64,000 nucleotides of DNA from positions 14,166 to 78,165 of the forward strand of contig CAMDBH010000004.1 in the NCBI GenBank assembly GCA_945889325.1, in the 5' to 3' direction. Under the pieces are notes generated by a model that had not been told where the DNA came from, ran no database searches, and saw only the letters and a list, made by a program, of their open reading frames with translations. Numbering within the stretch: the stretch's first letter is position 1; each line of letters begins with the position of its first letter. This DNA comes from Klebsiella pneumoniae. Lineage in GTDB: Bacteria > Myxococcota_A > UBA9042. Shown here in pieces: positions 48,106 through 57,348 of the stretch. The position numbers and the translations under genes were made by a program.

Positions 48106-48513
48106 ATGACCGAACCAACCACAAAGCCGAGTATTCGGGTCGTCGCCGCAGAGATCAGCAATGATCAGGGCGAGTACCTGATCACCCAGCGACTGCCGCA
48201 CGCGTCGATGCCGCTGCTGTGGGAATTTCCCGGCGGCAAAGTTGAAGTGGGCGAGAGCGACGCGGCCGCATTGCAGCGCGAAATTCAAGAAGAGCTGGAA
48301 ATCTCAATTGACGTGGGCGAACAGAGCGTCCAAGCGCTGCAGGACTACCCGACGTACAGTATCGATTTTCATAGCTTTTCGGCCAAGATTGTCAGCGGGC
48401 AGCCGCAGCGAATCGGCGTCTGGGATTTTCGCTGGGTCAAAGCGGGCGATCTGGCCAAATACCGTTTTCCACCGGCGGATCAGGCGACCATCGATAGGCT
48501 TATTGCTAAATAA
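48106..48513 (+). CDS. mutT: Nudix hydrolase, MutT-like (8-oxo-dGTP/(d)CTP pyrophosphohydrolase type)
   Basis: Nudix box GGKVEVGESDAAALQREIQEELEI (Gx5Ex7REUxEExGU). Size of 135 aa is typical. Confidence 0.85.
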   Translation: MTEPTTKPSIRVVAAEISNDQGEYLITQRLPHASMPLLWEFPGGKVEVGESDAAALQREIQEELEISIDVGEQSVQALQDYPTYSIDFHSFSAKIVSGQPQRIGVWDFRWVKAGDLAKYRFPPADQATIDRLIAK

Positions 48514-48519
48514 ATCCCG

Positions 48520-49263
48520 CTATTTGGTTGGGTTGATCCCGCAAATTCCGACGGCCGGCGTGCTGATATATTTGTTGGACGCCACAATGCAGTCAGGCAG
48601 GCTGGGGTTCCATTTCAGGCAATCCGCGCTGGTTTTACACACAAACGCGCACATTTTGACCGGCGCGTCGCCGGCCTTTTGTTTGTCGTTGCCAACGCCA
48701 TTGGTTCGTTCAAACACGCACTTGAACACGGTGGTCATGTCGACGTCGTCGTCGCCGCACGTGGCTTCCTTTTGTTGGCACGTGCAATTTTTTGTGCAAA
48801 ACCCAACGGTTACGTCGTAACCGGCCAACGGTGCGCCGTGGTAGCACACGCCGTATTCGCAGTCTGCGTCAGCTGTGCACGCGGTGCCATGTTTGCCCAA
48901 TTTGGCATCGGCTTGCTTGATAGGACAGGTAAAAGACGTCGGAATAGGCGTGATGAAAACATCCGATACCGCCACATCTTTGTCGCCAACCCCTGAAGTG
49001 GCGTCTGTGCCGCCGCCGCCGCTCCCCGTGTCGTTCGGGGCGACACCCGTGTCGTTCGTATTGACCACGGCGTCCTGATTGCTTAAGTTTCCGCCATCTT
49101 GGCCGCAGGGGGCGCCGGTATTGGGGTCAAACTTGGTGCCTGCGACTGCGCAGCCGGTCGCTGCGCCTGTTCCGTTTGACGCGGCCGTGCTGCCACAGGC
49201 GGCGGCGGCGAGCAAACTGAGGAACGCAAACCCATGAATAAATTTAGAATAATTGGCGGGCAT
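48520..49263 (-). CDS. Cys-rich lipoprotein (lipobox LAAAAC; 16 further Cys)
   Basis: Trimmed to the ATG at 49261-49263 (complement) with GGAG upstream. MPANYSKFIHGFAFLSLLAAAACGS, then a G/T/D-rich linker and a Cys-rich domain. Confidence 0.6.
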   Translation of the reverse strand: MPANYSKFIHGFAFLSLLAAAACGSTAASNGTGAATGCAVAGTKFDPNTGAPCGQDGGNLSNQDAVVNTNDTGVAPNDTGSGGGGTDATSGVGDKDVAVSDVFITPIPTSFTCPIKQADAKLGKHGTACTADADCEYGVCYHGAPLAGYDVTVGFCTKNCTCQQKEATCGDDDVDMTTVFKCVFERTNGVGNDKQKAGDAPVKMCAFVCKTSADCLKWNPSLPDCIVASNKYISTPAVGICGINPTK

Positions 49264-49536
49264 CGGTGTCTCCTCGGCAGAAATTTTTAAGCTGCGTTGG
49301 TTTCTCCTGCCATCGCCGCCCTTGCAGTTTGGCGACAGCACGGCCCTGAGTCAAACCAAACGACACGGTCCTAGGATGGATGGCACCAAGTCGTACCAGC
49401 GTTTGATCGGCGGGGTGCGATTGACGCCAGCCTTGCATCTTGCTAAACAACCGCGCGAACGCCGCCCATCGCGCGGCCGTCCCGCGCGCAACCGACGGCG
49501 CACTACGACATAAAGCCGCGTATTTAGTAGGTTATC

Positions 49537-50073
49537 ATGCTCACAGCCTTGGCTCACCACCTGACGATCGACGCCGCGCAAACCGCATCGCACGTCGGTC
49601 AGGTCGCGCACCGCTCAGCCGGCGAGATTGCCGCTTTTGCCCAGCGGGCCGAACTGATCGACCTGGACGTAACTATACTTTTTCAAATTGTTTTCTTCTT
49701 CACCTTGGTGTTTGTTCTGCCCAAATTGATCTTCCAACCGATGCTTGGGCGCATCGAACAACGCGAGGCCCGAACCGAGGGTGCGCGCGCGGAAGCCAAG
49801 GCCATGCGCCACGCTGCCGACGACCGCGTAGCGACCTATGACGCCGCAACTGCTGATGAAAAGCGCCGAGCGCTGGATGAGCGGGCGCAGATTCGCACGG
49901 CGACGCAGAAAAATGCGGCCGATTTGATCGCCAAAGCGCGCGCGCAATCCGCCGCACGTTTGGAAACGAATTTGGCCCAACAAAAAGTGACGGCCGATGC
50001 TGCGCGGGTGGATTTGCGCGCCGAAGCCAAGAAGATTGCGAGCAATATCGCCGACAAGCTGGCCCAAGCGTGA
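49537..50073 (+). CDS. ATP synthase Fo subunit b' (second b-type subunit)
   Basis: One TM (ILFQIVFFFTLVFVLPKLIF), then PMLGRIEQR, and a long charged helix typical of b/b' subunits. First gene of the atp cluster. Confidence 0.7.
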   Translation: MLTALAHHLTIDAAQTASHVGQVAHRSAGEIAAFAQRAELIDLDVTILFQIVFFFTLVFVLPKLIFQPMLGRIEQREARTEGARAEAKAMRHAADDRVATYDAATADEKRRALDERAQIRTATQKNAADLIAKARAQSAARLETNLAQQKVTADAARVDLRAEAKKIASNIADKLAQA

Positions 50074-50744
50074 GCAAACTCTTGAAAAAACCTGTGCAAA
50101 AAACCGACGGAGCGCGCATGTATTGCCAGCCTCTGCTGTCCAAGATTCAGATTCAGTTGACCGTTTGGGCAGCGATCCTTTTGACACCGGCTTTGGCGTT
50201 TGCCGAAACGGTCGAAGACGATCCTTCGAAGTTCAGCATCAACATGCAGGGCTTCTATATTATCGATTTTATTGCATTTTTTGGACTGCTCATTTACGTT
50301 GCCCGCAAACCGATCGCCGCCATGCTGGACAAACGCTATAACGACGTTGCCAAAGAAATTGCCGCGGCCAAAGAATTGCGCGACGCAGCGCAAGCCAAAT
50401 TCGATGAATACCAAGCGCGCATCGACCGCTTGGATGAAGAACTTGCGCGAACTATGGCCGAGGTGCGCGCCGGAACGTCAATTGAAGTGCAGAGAATTCT
50501 TGAAGATGCTGAGCACACGGTGCAAAAAATTGCCGCCGATGAAGCACAGCGCCTCGTTCAGGAAAGCAAGCGGATTCGCGAACAACTTGCGCGTGAAGGT
50601 GCAGTACTTGCACTGGAAATGGCCGAAGTGCTCGTACGCGAACGCATGAATCCAAAGACTCAGGAACAACTGATTGAAAAGGCGATCGCCGACCTGTCCG
50701 CACTGCCTAGCGGCACGGGCTTGGGCGGCGGCGGTTCGAACTGA
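50070..50744 (+). CDS. atpF: ATP synthase Fo subunit b (with N-terminal signal-peptide-like extension)
   Basis: Contains FYIIDFIAFFGLLIYVARKPIAAMLDKRYNDVAKEIAAAKELRDAA, the b-subunit pattern. The GTG start overlaps the upstream stop; an alternative ATG is at 50121. Confidence 0.8.
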   Translation: MSKLLKKPVQKTDGARMYCQPLLSKIQIQLTVWAAILLTPALAFAETVEDDPSKFSINMQGFYIIDFIAFFGLLIYVARKPIAAMLDKRYNDVAKEIAAAKELRDAAQAKFDEYQARIDRLDEELARTMAEVRAGTSIEVQRILEDAEHTVQKIAADEAQRLVQESKRIREQLAREGAVLALEMAEVLVRERMNPKTQEQLIEKAIADLSALPSGTGLGGGGSN

Positions 50745-50802
50745 TTGTGCGGACCAAATGCTGGTATCTCAATGAGATGAGCAGCGAAGGACAGGCGTTT
50801 CC

Positions 50803-51351
50803 ATGAAATCATCCTCCAGCAAAGTCGCTCGGCGCTACGCCAAAGCGCTCGTTTTATTGTGCGACGAACGCGGCGATGGCGCGGCAGTGCGCAGTCAGTT
50901 GAATTCATTGGTGGCCGTGCTCGCAAAGACGCCCGATGTCTTGGGTTTCTTGGCAAATCCCACAGTAGCGCTTGAAGCGCGCAACAAGATCCTGTGCAAC
51001 TTGCTGGACCAGATTTCGGCCGCCGGATCGGCGCGCAACTTGGCTTTGCTGTTGCTTGACAAGGGACGTATCGCTGAAGTGGCGGGGATCGTTGGCGAAT
51101 TCAGCGCCATGCTTGATCAGCGCACTGGGCGCGTCCAAGCCGAGTTGGTGTCCGCTGTCGCCGTGGCCGAGGCGTCGCAAGTCCGCCTGCAGCAATTGCT
51201 CGCCCGTATCTTGGGCAAAGACGTCGTGCTTAGCGCGCGCGTCGATTCACACCTTATCGGCGGGCTGATGATCCGCGTTGGCAACACCGTGTACGATGCG
51301 ACAATTGCAAATCATTTGCATCGTTTGCGTTTGCGTCTTGTCACTGACTAA
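50803..51351 (+). CDS. atpH: ATP synthase F1 subunit delta (OSCP)
   Basis: 182 aa. VARRYAKAL at the N-terminus and GGLMIRVGNTVYDATI at the C-terminus. Confidence 0.9.
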   Translation: MKSSSSKVARRYAKALVLLCDERGDGAAVRSQLNSLVAVLAKTPDVLGFLANPTVALEARNKILCNLLDQISAAGSARNLALLLLDKGRIAEVAGIVGEFSAMLDQRTGRVQAELVSAVAVAEASQVRLQQLLARILGKDVVLSARVDSHLIGGLMIRVGNTVYDATIANHLHRLRLRLVTD

Positions 51352-51419
51352 TCGAACTGCCCTTTTGAACCTTTCGCCCAAGTCAAAATAGTCTGGAGCA
51401 GCGCTCCCCGGAGAATACG

Positions 51420-52985
51420 ATGGACATCCGCGTTGAAGAAGTTAGCAGAATTATTCGCGATCAGGTCGCCAACTACGGCGTCAAGGTCGACGTACAGGAA
51501 ACTGGGCGCGTTCTGACCGTCGGCGACGGCATCGCCCGCGTGCACGGACTGGAAGCCGCGCTTGCAGGCGAACTACTCGAATTTCCGCACGATGTCCGCG
51601 GCATGGTCCTCAATCTCGAAGAAGACAATGTCGGCGTCGCGCTGCTCGGCAACGCAACAGTCATTCGCGAAGGCGATTTGGTCAAACGCACTGGCCGTAT
51701 CGTGGAAGTGCCGGTGGGCAAAGCGCTTTTGGGTCGCGTCGTCAACGCGCTCGGCCAACCGATCGACGGCAAAGGTCCGCTGGTCAATCCAGACGGCAGT
51801 CCGCTGCTTTATCGCCGGGTTGAACTCAAAGCGCCCGGTATCGTCAGCCGCAAATCCGTTCACGAGCCGCTGCAAACGGGCCTAAAACCGATCGACGCGA
51901 TGGTGCCGATCGGCCGCGGACAGCGCGAACTGATCATCGGCGATCGCCAGACCGGCAAGACCGCAGTCGCGATCGATACGATCATCAACCAGCGCCACGG
52001 TCACAAAACGGGCGAAAGTCCGGTTTACTGCGTTTACGTGGCGATCGGCCAAAAAGCGTCGACCGTTGCTCAGGTTGTGCGCCATCTGACCGAGCACGGC
52101 GCGATGGAATACACCACCGTGGTGAGTTCGCCTGCTTCAGAATTGGCGCCACTGCAATTTCTGGCGCCCTATACTGGCTGCACAATTGGCGAGTATTACC
52201 GCGACAATGCGATGCACGGCCTGATCGTTTATGACGACTTGACCAAGCAAGCGGTCGCGTATCGGCAAATGTCGTTGCTGCTGCGGCGTCCACCTGGCCG
52301 TGAAGCGTTTCCGGGCGACGTGTTCTACGTCCATAGTCGTTTGCTTGAGCGCGCTTGCAAAGTGCGCGACGCCGAAGGGGCTGGCTCATTGACGGCGCTG
52401 CCGATCATTGAAACCCAAGCCGGTGATATTTCCGCGTACGTCCCGACCAACGTGATTTCGATCACGGATGGCCAGATCTTCTTGGAAACAGACCTGTTCT
52501 TCAAAGGCATCCGACCTGCGATCAACGTGGGTTTGTCGGTTTCCCGCGTCGGTGGCGCGGCGCAGATCAAGGCCATGAAAGCCGTTGCCGGCCCGCTCCG
52601 CTTGGGTCTTGCGCAATACCGTGAATTGGCTGCATTTTCTCAGTTTGCTTCGGATCTGGATGCGGCGACCCAGAAATTGCTGGCATCGGGCGCGCGCATG
52701 ACCGAATTGCTCAAGCAAGCGCAGTACAAACCGATGGAAGTGTCGGAACAGGTTGTGCTTTTGTTTGCGGCGACCTCTCCCGAAGGCTTTATCGACGCAT
52801 TGCCGGTTTCGGCGCTCAAGCGATATGAGACTGAAATGTTTGCGTTCTTGCGATCGCAAAAGGCCAGTCTGCTGGAAGACCTGAAAACGGCGGTGTTCAA
52901 AACCGACTTGAAGAAAAAAGACGATCCGGTGCGCGTGGCGCTAGTGGCTGCGCTCAATGAATTCAAGGGTTTGTTCGTTGTTTGA
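51420..52985 (+). CDS. atpA: ATP synthase F1 subunit alpha
   Basis: Walker A GDRQTGKT, with full-length similarity to alpha subunits. Confidence 0.98.
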   Translation: MDIRVEEVSRIIRDQVANYGVKVDVQETGRVLTVGDGIARVHGLEAALAGELLEFPHDVRGMVLNLEEDNVGVALLGNATVIREGDLVKRTGRIVEVPVGKALLGRVVNALGQPIDGKGPLVNPDGSPLLYRRVELKAPGIVSRKSVHEPLQTGLKPIDAMVPIGRGQRELIIGDRQTGKTAVAIDTIINQRHGHKTGESPVYCVYVAIGQKASTVAQVVRHLTEHGAMEYTTVVSSPASELAPLQFLAPYTGCTIGEYYRDNAMHGLIVYDDLTKQAVAYRQMSLLLRRPPGREAFPGDVFYVHSRLLERACKVRDAEGAGSLTALPIIETQAGDISAYVPTNVISITDGQIFLETDLFFKGIRPAINVGLSVSRVGGAAQIKAMKAVAGPLRLGLAQYRELAAFSQFASDLDAATQKLLASGARMTELLKQAQYKPMEVSEQVVLLFAATSPEGFIDALPVSALKRYETEMFAFLRSQKASLLEDLKTAVFKTDLKKKDDPVRVALVAALNEFKGLFVV

Positions 52986-53030
52986 GGCTCCTTGGCCCCC
53001 CCCTGCGGCCTTTGCTCCCATTGAGGCACG

Positions 53031-53912
53031 ATGCCTAATTTAAAGAACATTCGCCGCCGCATCGCGTCGGTGAAATCGACCGGAAAAATCACACGGGCCA
53101 TGAAGCTCGTGGCTGCAGCCAAGCTGCGTCGGGCCCAAGAACGCCTGGTCGCGTTGCGGCCGTACGCGCTGCGTGTCAGCGATATGATTGCTGAAATTGC
53201 TCGCGGTGCCGATGCCCAGGATCATCCGCTGCTGCAAGTGCGCGCGCCCAAACGCACGTTATTGCTGTTGCTGACTTCGGATCGCGGACTCGCTGGCGCA
53301 TTCAATGCCAACGTCAACCGCGCGGCGAACACTTGGGTGACGCAGAATCAAGATCTGCGCGATCACGTCGAGTTGCGCATCGTCGGCAAGAAAGGCCGCG
53401 ATTTTTTCAAGTCGCGTCCGGTCAAAGTCGGCGCCGTGTACGCGGATGTGCTGAACAATCTGACGATGGAACGGGCGAGCGACATCGGGCGCGAAGTGGC
53501 GGCGGCGTACGTCGACGGTCATTTTGACGAAGTGTTCGTTGTCTACAATGAGTTCAAGTCAGCGATTTTGCAGATTACTCGCATGCTGCGCCTGCTGCCG
53601 CTTAACCCCAATGAGGGCGATAAGGGCGTGCACGTGGCGCCGAGTCCGAGTGCGGAAACCCTGTTTGAGCCTAGTAAACAGGCGGTTTTGGATGCGATTT
53701 TGCCGCTGTCGATCAACTTGCAGGTGTTTCGCACCCTGCTGGAATCGGTGGCGTCGGAAAATGGCGCGCGCATGACATCGATGGACGCGGCGACCAAGAA
53801 TGCCAAGGAATTGCTCGGGCGGATTACGCTGCAGTACAACCGAGCGCGACAGTCGATTATTACGACGGAATTGATGGAAATTACCTCGGGCGCGGAAGCA
53901 CTCAAGGGTTGA
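53031..53912 (+). CDS. atpG: ATP synthase F1 subunit gamma
   Basis: N-terminal MPNLKNIRRRIASVKSTGKITRAMKLVAAAKLRRAQ and C-terminal ITTELMEITSGAEAL. Confidence 0.97.
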   Translation: MPNLKNIRRRIASVKSTGKITRAMKLVAAAKLRRAQERLVALRPYALRVSDMIAEIARGADAQDHPLLQVRAPKRTLLLLLTSDRGLAGAFNANVNRAANTWVTQNQDLRDHVELRIVGKKGRDFFKSRPVKVGAVYADVLNNLTMERASDIGREVAAAYVDGHFDEVFVVYNEFKSAILQITRMLRLLPLNPNEGDKGVHVAPSPSAETLFEPSKQAVLDAILPLSINLQVFRTLLESVASENGARMTSMDAATKNAKELLGRITLQYNRARQSIITTELMEITSGAEALKG

Positions 53913-53946
53913 TTTCGCAAACACACAAGCAATCTTTTATCGCTGA

Positions 53947-55377
<1,431 letters not shown>

Positions 55378-55398
55378 TTTCAGCAGTCCGAGGATCCC

Positions 55399-55830
55399 AT
55401 GAAAGTTGAAATCGTCACCCCAGTTGGCCTGAAATATTCGGGAGATGCCGCGGGTGTGATCGCGCCGGGATCATTGGGCGATGTCGGGATTTTGCCAGGT
55501 CACCAGCCGATGGTGGCGGGTCTGCGCACGGGCATTTGTGTCATTCAAAATCCGGGTGGAACTGCCAAACAAGGCGTCGATGCCGATTTGCGTTTGCTTA
55601 TAGACGGTGGTTATTTGCACGTCGTTGGCGGTCAGACGATTACGATCACGACGGAACTTTGCGAGCAATGGGATGAAGTTGATGTGCCCGCTGCGCGCAA
55701 GACGCTTGAAGTCGCCACGGCAGAACTGCTTGCGAGCCGCGAGGAGACCAGCAGTCAAATGTGGCTGGTGAAGAAGCATCGGGTTGATTTGGCGGATGCC
55801 CGTGTGCGGATTGGTGGAATGAAGCCGTAG
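55399..55830 (+). CDS. atpC: ATP synthase F1 subunit epsilon
   Basis: 143 aa. Contains MKVEIVTP...GDVGILPGHQPMVAGL. Confidence 0.95.
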   Translation: MKVEIVTPVGLKYSGDAAGVIAPGSLGDVGILPGHQPMVAGLRTGICVIQNPGGTAKQGVDADLRLLIDGGYLHVVGGQTITITTELCEQWDEVDVPAARKTLEVATAELLASREETSSQMWLVKKHRVDLADARVRIGGMKP

Positions 55831-55844
55831 CCCCACGGCGGGGG

Positions 55845-55910
55845 TTGCGCTGCGCGCGGCCGTTGCCTAAGGCAGGTTTTTTTTGCGCTGCGCGCGGCTG
55901 TGCCTAAGGC
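55845..55910. repeat. Two direct copies of a ~28-nt GC-rich unit TTGCGCTGCGCGCGGC-(2-3 nt)-TGCCTAAGGC
   Basis: Read directly from the sequence: copy 1 at 55845-55873, copy 2 at 55883-55910. Confidence 0.85.
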
Positions 55911-55918
55911 CCGGTTGC

Positions 55919-55973
55919 TTTTGCCCTGCGGGCGGCTGCGCTGACGCGCGGTACTTTTTGCCCTGCGGGCGGC
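55919..55973. repeat. Two direct copies of TTTTGCCCTGCGGGCGGC (55919-55936 and 55955-55973)
   Basis: Read directly from the sequence. An inverted copy lies at 57324-57345, abutting the lipA stop. Confidence 0.85.
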
Positions 55974-56028
55974 GCGCCTGCGGCGGGCTTTTTCGCTCCG
56001 CGATGGCACGCGCGGTGCGCGTGAGGAT

Positions 56029-56089
56029 CCAAAGGGGCGAACCAAAGCTCTTTGATTCCGTGCTTAGCCGCTATGGTTCGCCCCTCTGG
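56029..56089. repeat. Long inverted repeat/hairpin CCAAAGGGGCGAACC ... GGTTCGCCCCTCTGG
   Basis: 14 of 15 positions are complementary across a 31-nt spacer. It shares the leader GGAT(T)CCAAAGGGG with the hairpin at 57130. Confidence 0.8.
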
Positions 56090-56175
56090 ACTCCCCACTC
56101 CTTTGGCAACCGGTACGAGCTCGTTGCGCCTAAAGGCGCAACATCGCGTTGGATTCCCGCTTCGCGGCTGCAAAC

Positions 56176-56237
56176 GCGACGGCGCTGACGCGCGACGTCG
56201 CGACGGGCAGGCGACGGCGCTGACGCGCGACGTCGCG
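56176..56237. repeat. Two direct copies (period 35) of the 27-nt GCGACGGCGCTGACGCGCGACGTCGCG
   Basis: Copies at 56176-56202 and 56211-56237. Each contains the 12-bp perfect palindrome CGCGACGTCGCG. The core GCGCTGACGCGCG also occurs near 55939. Confidence 0.85.
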
Positions 56238-56253
56238 GCGGACAACAACAGGG

Positions 56254-56373
56254 TCAGCGGCGCAAGACAGCTGCCGCCAAGGCGCGGTCGTAAGTTTGCA
56301 GGCGCCTTGCGCCGTGGCGCTTGGCGGTGGCGAAATGCACGAGATCGCGGCCACCGAGGCCTGGATGGGTGAT
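56254..56373 (-). pseudogene. Possible PIN-domain C-terminal fragment (weak)
   Basis: The minus-strand translation ends ...GGRDLVHFATAKRHGARRLQTYDRALAAAVLRR*, resembling the D..H.A.A...G....TyD..L end of some VapC/PIN proteins. There is no credible N-terminal half. Confidence 0.3.
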
Positions 56374-56394
56374 GGACAAAGCGCGGGCTAATAA

Positions 56395-56586
56395 TCCCCC
56401 AGCGGCTGGGCGACCTCGCGTGAAGCCGCGAGAATTTGGTTCGATTGTCGCCGCGTTGTTTTGACGGTGCCCAGCACGCTTGATTGCCTGATTGCCGCCA
56501 CGGTCTTGGCACACGACGCCTATTTGCTGCACAACGACGCGGATTTTGACGCGATTGCCCGCGTCCGGCCTCTTCGCATGCCCTGA
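56395..56586 (+). pseudogene. PIN-domain (VapC-like toxin) remnant, C-terminal ~63 codons
   Basis: My frame-1 translation reads SPSGWATSREAARIWFDCRRVVLTVPSTLDCLIAATVLAHDAYLLHNDADFDAIARVRPLRMP*. DxLIAAT...L.t.D.DF is the canonical VapC C-terminus. The frame is closed upstream by TAA TAA at 56389-56394, with no intact N-terminal D-T/S motif. Confidence 0.5.
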
Positions 56587-56736
56587 CTATTTTGGTTGAG
56601 CCGCTTCAGCCATAACTCGCATGGATTAGAATGGTTCGAACCAAGCCAACGCCGTAAACGGCGTCAGCGGAGGGTGGGCACGGAGACCCGCCGCTACCCA
56701 CGTTTTGGAATGATCAAAAAAAATCCATGCTTAACT

Positions 56737-56839
56737 GGCCGCGGAGCGGTTCTCCTCCTTCGAGGCCGCGCAGCGGTTCCCCTGTCCTCCAGGCCGCGGA
56801 GCGGTTCCCCTGTCTTCCAGGCCGCGAAGCGGTGCGCCC
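56737..56839. repeat. Tandem repeat, ~3.7 copies of a 27-28-nt unit GGCCGCG(G/C)AGCGGTTC(C/T)CCTGTC(C/T)TCCA
   Basis: Units at 56737-56763, 56764-56791 and 56792-56819, plus a partial unit at 56820-56839, read directly from the sequence. Confidence 0.85.
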
Positions 56840-57129
56840 AAATACGTTGCAGATCACAGCCTAAGCAGCGCGGCACGTTGGCCCGCGACCTAATCCCCCT
56901 CTCGCCGCCGATCGCCGACCGTCAGCAACCGTTGCCGGGCGAAGCACGGCAGCGCAGCGGTTAGGGAGCCGGGCCGCGCACAGACCTCGGCCTTTTCATT
57001 GCAGATATTTCCACTCGCCCTCTCCCGCTCTGCGCGACTGTCAGAACCCGACAGCTTCAGCTGTCGCAGCGGTTAAGGAGCGCACGCGGGAGCGCAAAAT
57101 TCCTGAATAAAAACAAAAGGCGTGGGATT

Positions 57130-57159
57130 CCAAAGGGGCCGCGCCTCGGGCCCCTTTGG
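57130..57159. repeat. Perfect 11-bp-stem hairpin CCAAAGGGGCC-(8 nt)-GGCCCCTTTGG
   Basis: Read directly from the sequence. Related to the 56029-56089 element through the shared GGAT(T)CCAAAGGGG. Confidence 0.8.
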
Positions 57160-57206
57160 CCGCCGTCAGGCGGAAAGCTGTCCTTGGAAATAAAGTGTTT
57201 TACTAT

Positions 57207-57325
57207 CGCGCGCCGAAGGCGCACCTAAACTTTTGTCTAAGCATGCCGCGCGCCGAAGGCGCACCTAAACTTTCGCTAAGCATGCCGCGCGCCGAAGGCG
57301 CACCTAAATTTCTGTCTAAGCATGC
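57207..57325. repeat. Tandem repeat, 3 copies of a 39-40-nt unit CGCGCGCCGAAGGCGCACCTAAA(C/T)TT(T/-)(T/C)G(T/C)CTAAGCATGC
   Basis: Units at 57207-57246, 57247-57285 and 57286-57325. Each contains the GCGCC-GAA-GGCGC hairpin (GCGCC-UUC-GGCGC on the lipA strand). Confidence 0.9.
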
Positions 57326-57345
57326 CGCCCGCAGGGCAAAAAAAA
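57324..57345. repeat. Inverted copy (GCCGCCCGCAGGGCAAAAAAAA) of the TTTTGCCCTGCGGGCGGC motif
   Basis: It is the exact reverse complement of the motif at 55919/55955, and ends 3 nt before the lipA stop codon. Confidence 0.85.
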
Positions 57346-57348
57346 TCG

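Noticed and set aside
55904-56512. 202-aa minus-strand ORF (and 56052-56372 plus, 56596-56964 plus, 57156-57404 plus) within the repeat island
   Set aside because: The translations are Arg/Pro/Ala-rich and simply follow the DNA repeats (for example SMPRAEGAPK x3 from the 39-40-nt units, whose period breaks the frame). There is no start context and no domain.
56632-56643. tRNA T-loop-like GGTTCGAACC
   Set aside because: It is a 12-bp palindrome (TGGTTCGAACCA). The flanks cannot form a T-stem, an acceptor stem or an anticodon arm.
57207-57325. CRISPR array?
   Set aside because: The 39-40-nt units are directly tandem with no unique spacers between them. There are only 3 copies and no cas genes in the window.
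55831-57348. Integron cassette array (attC-like hairpins plus TA debris)
   Set aside because: The hairpins do not carry RYYYAAC/GTTRRRY core sites, and no intI integrase is present nearby.
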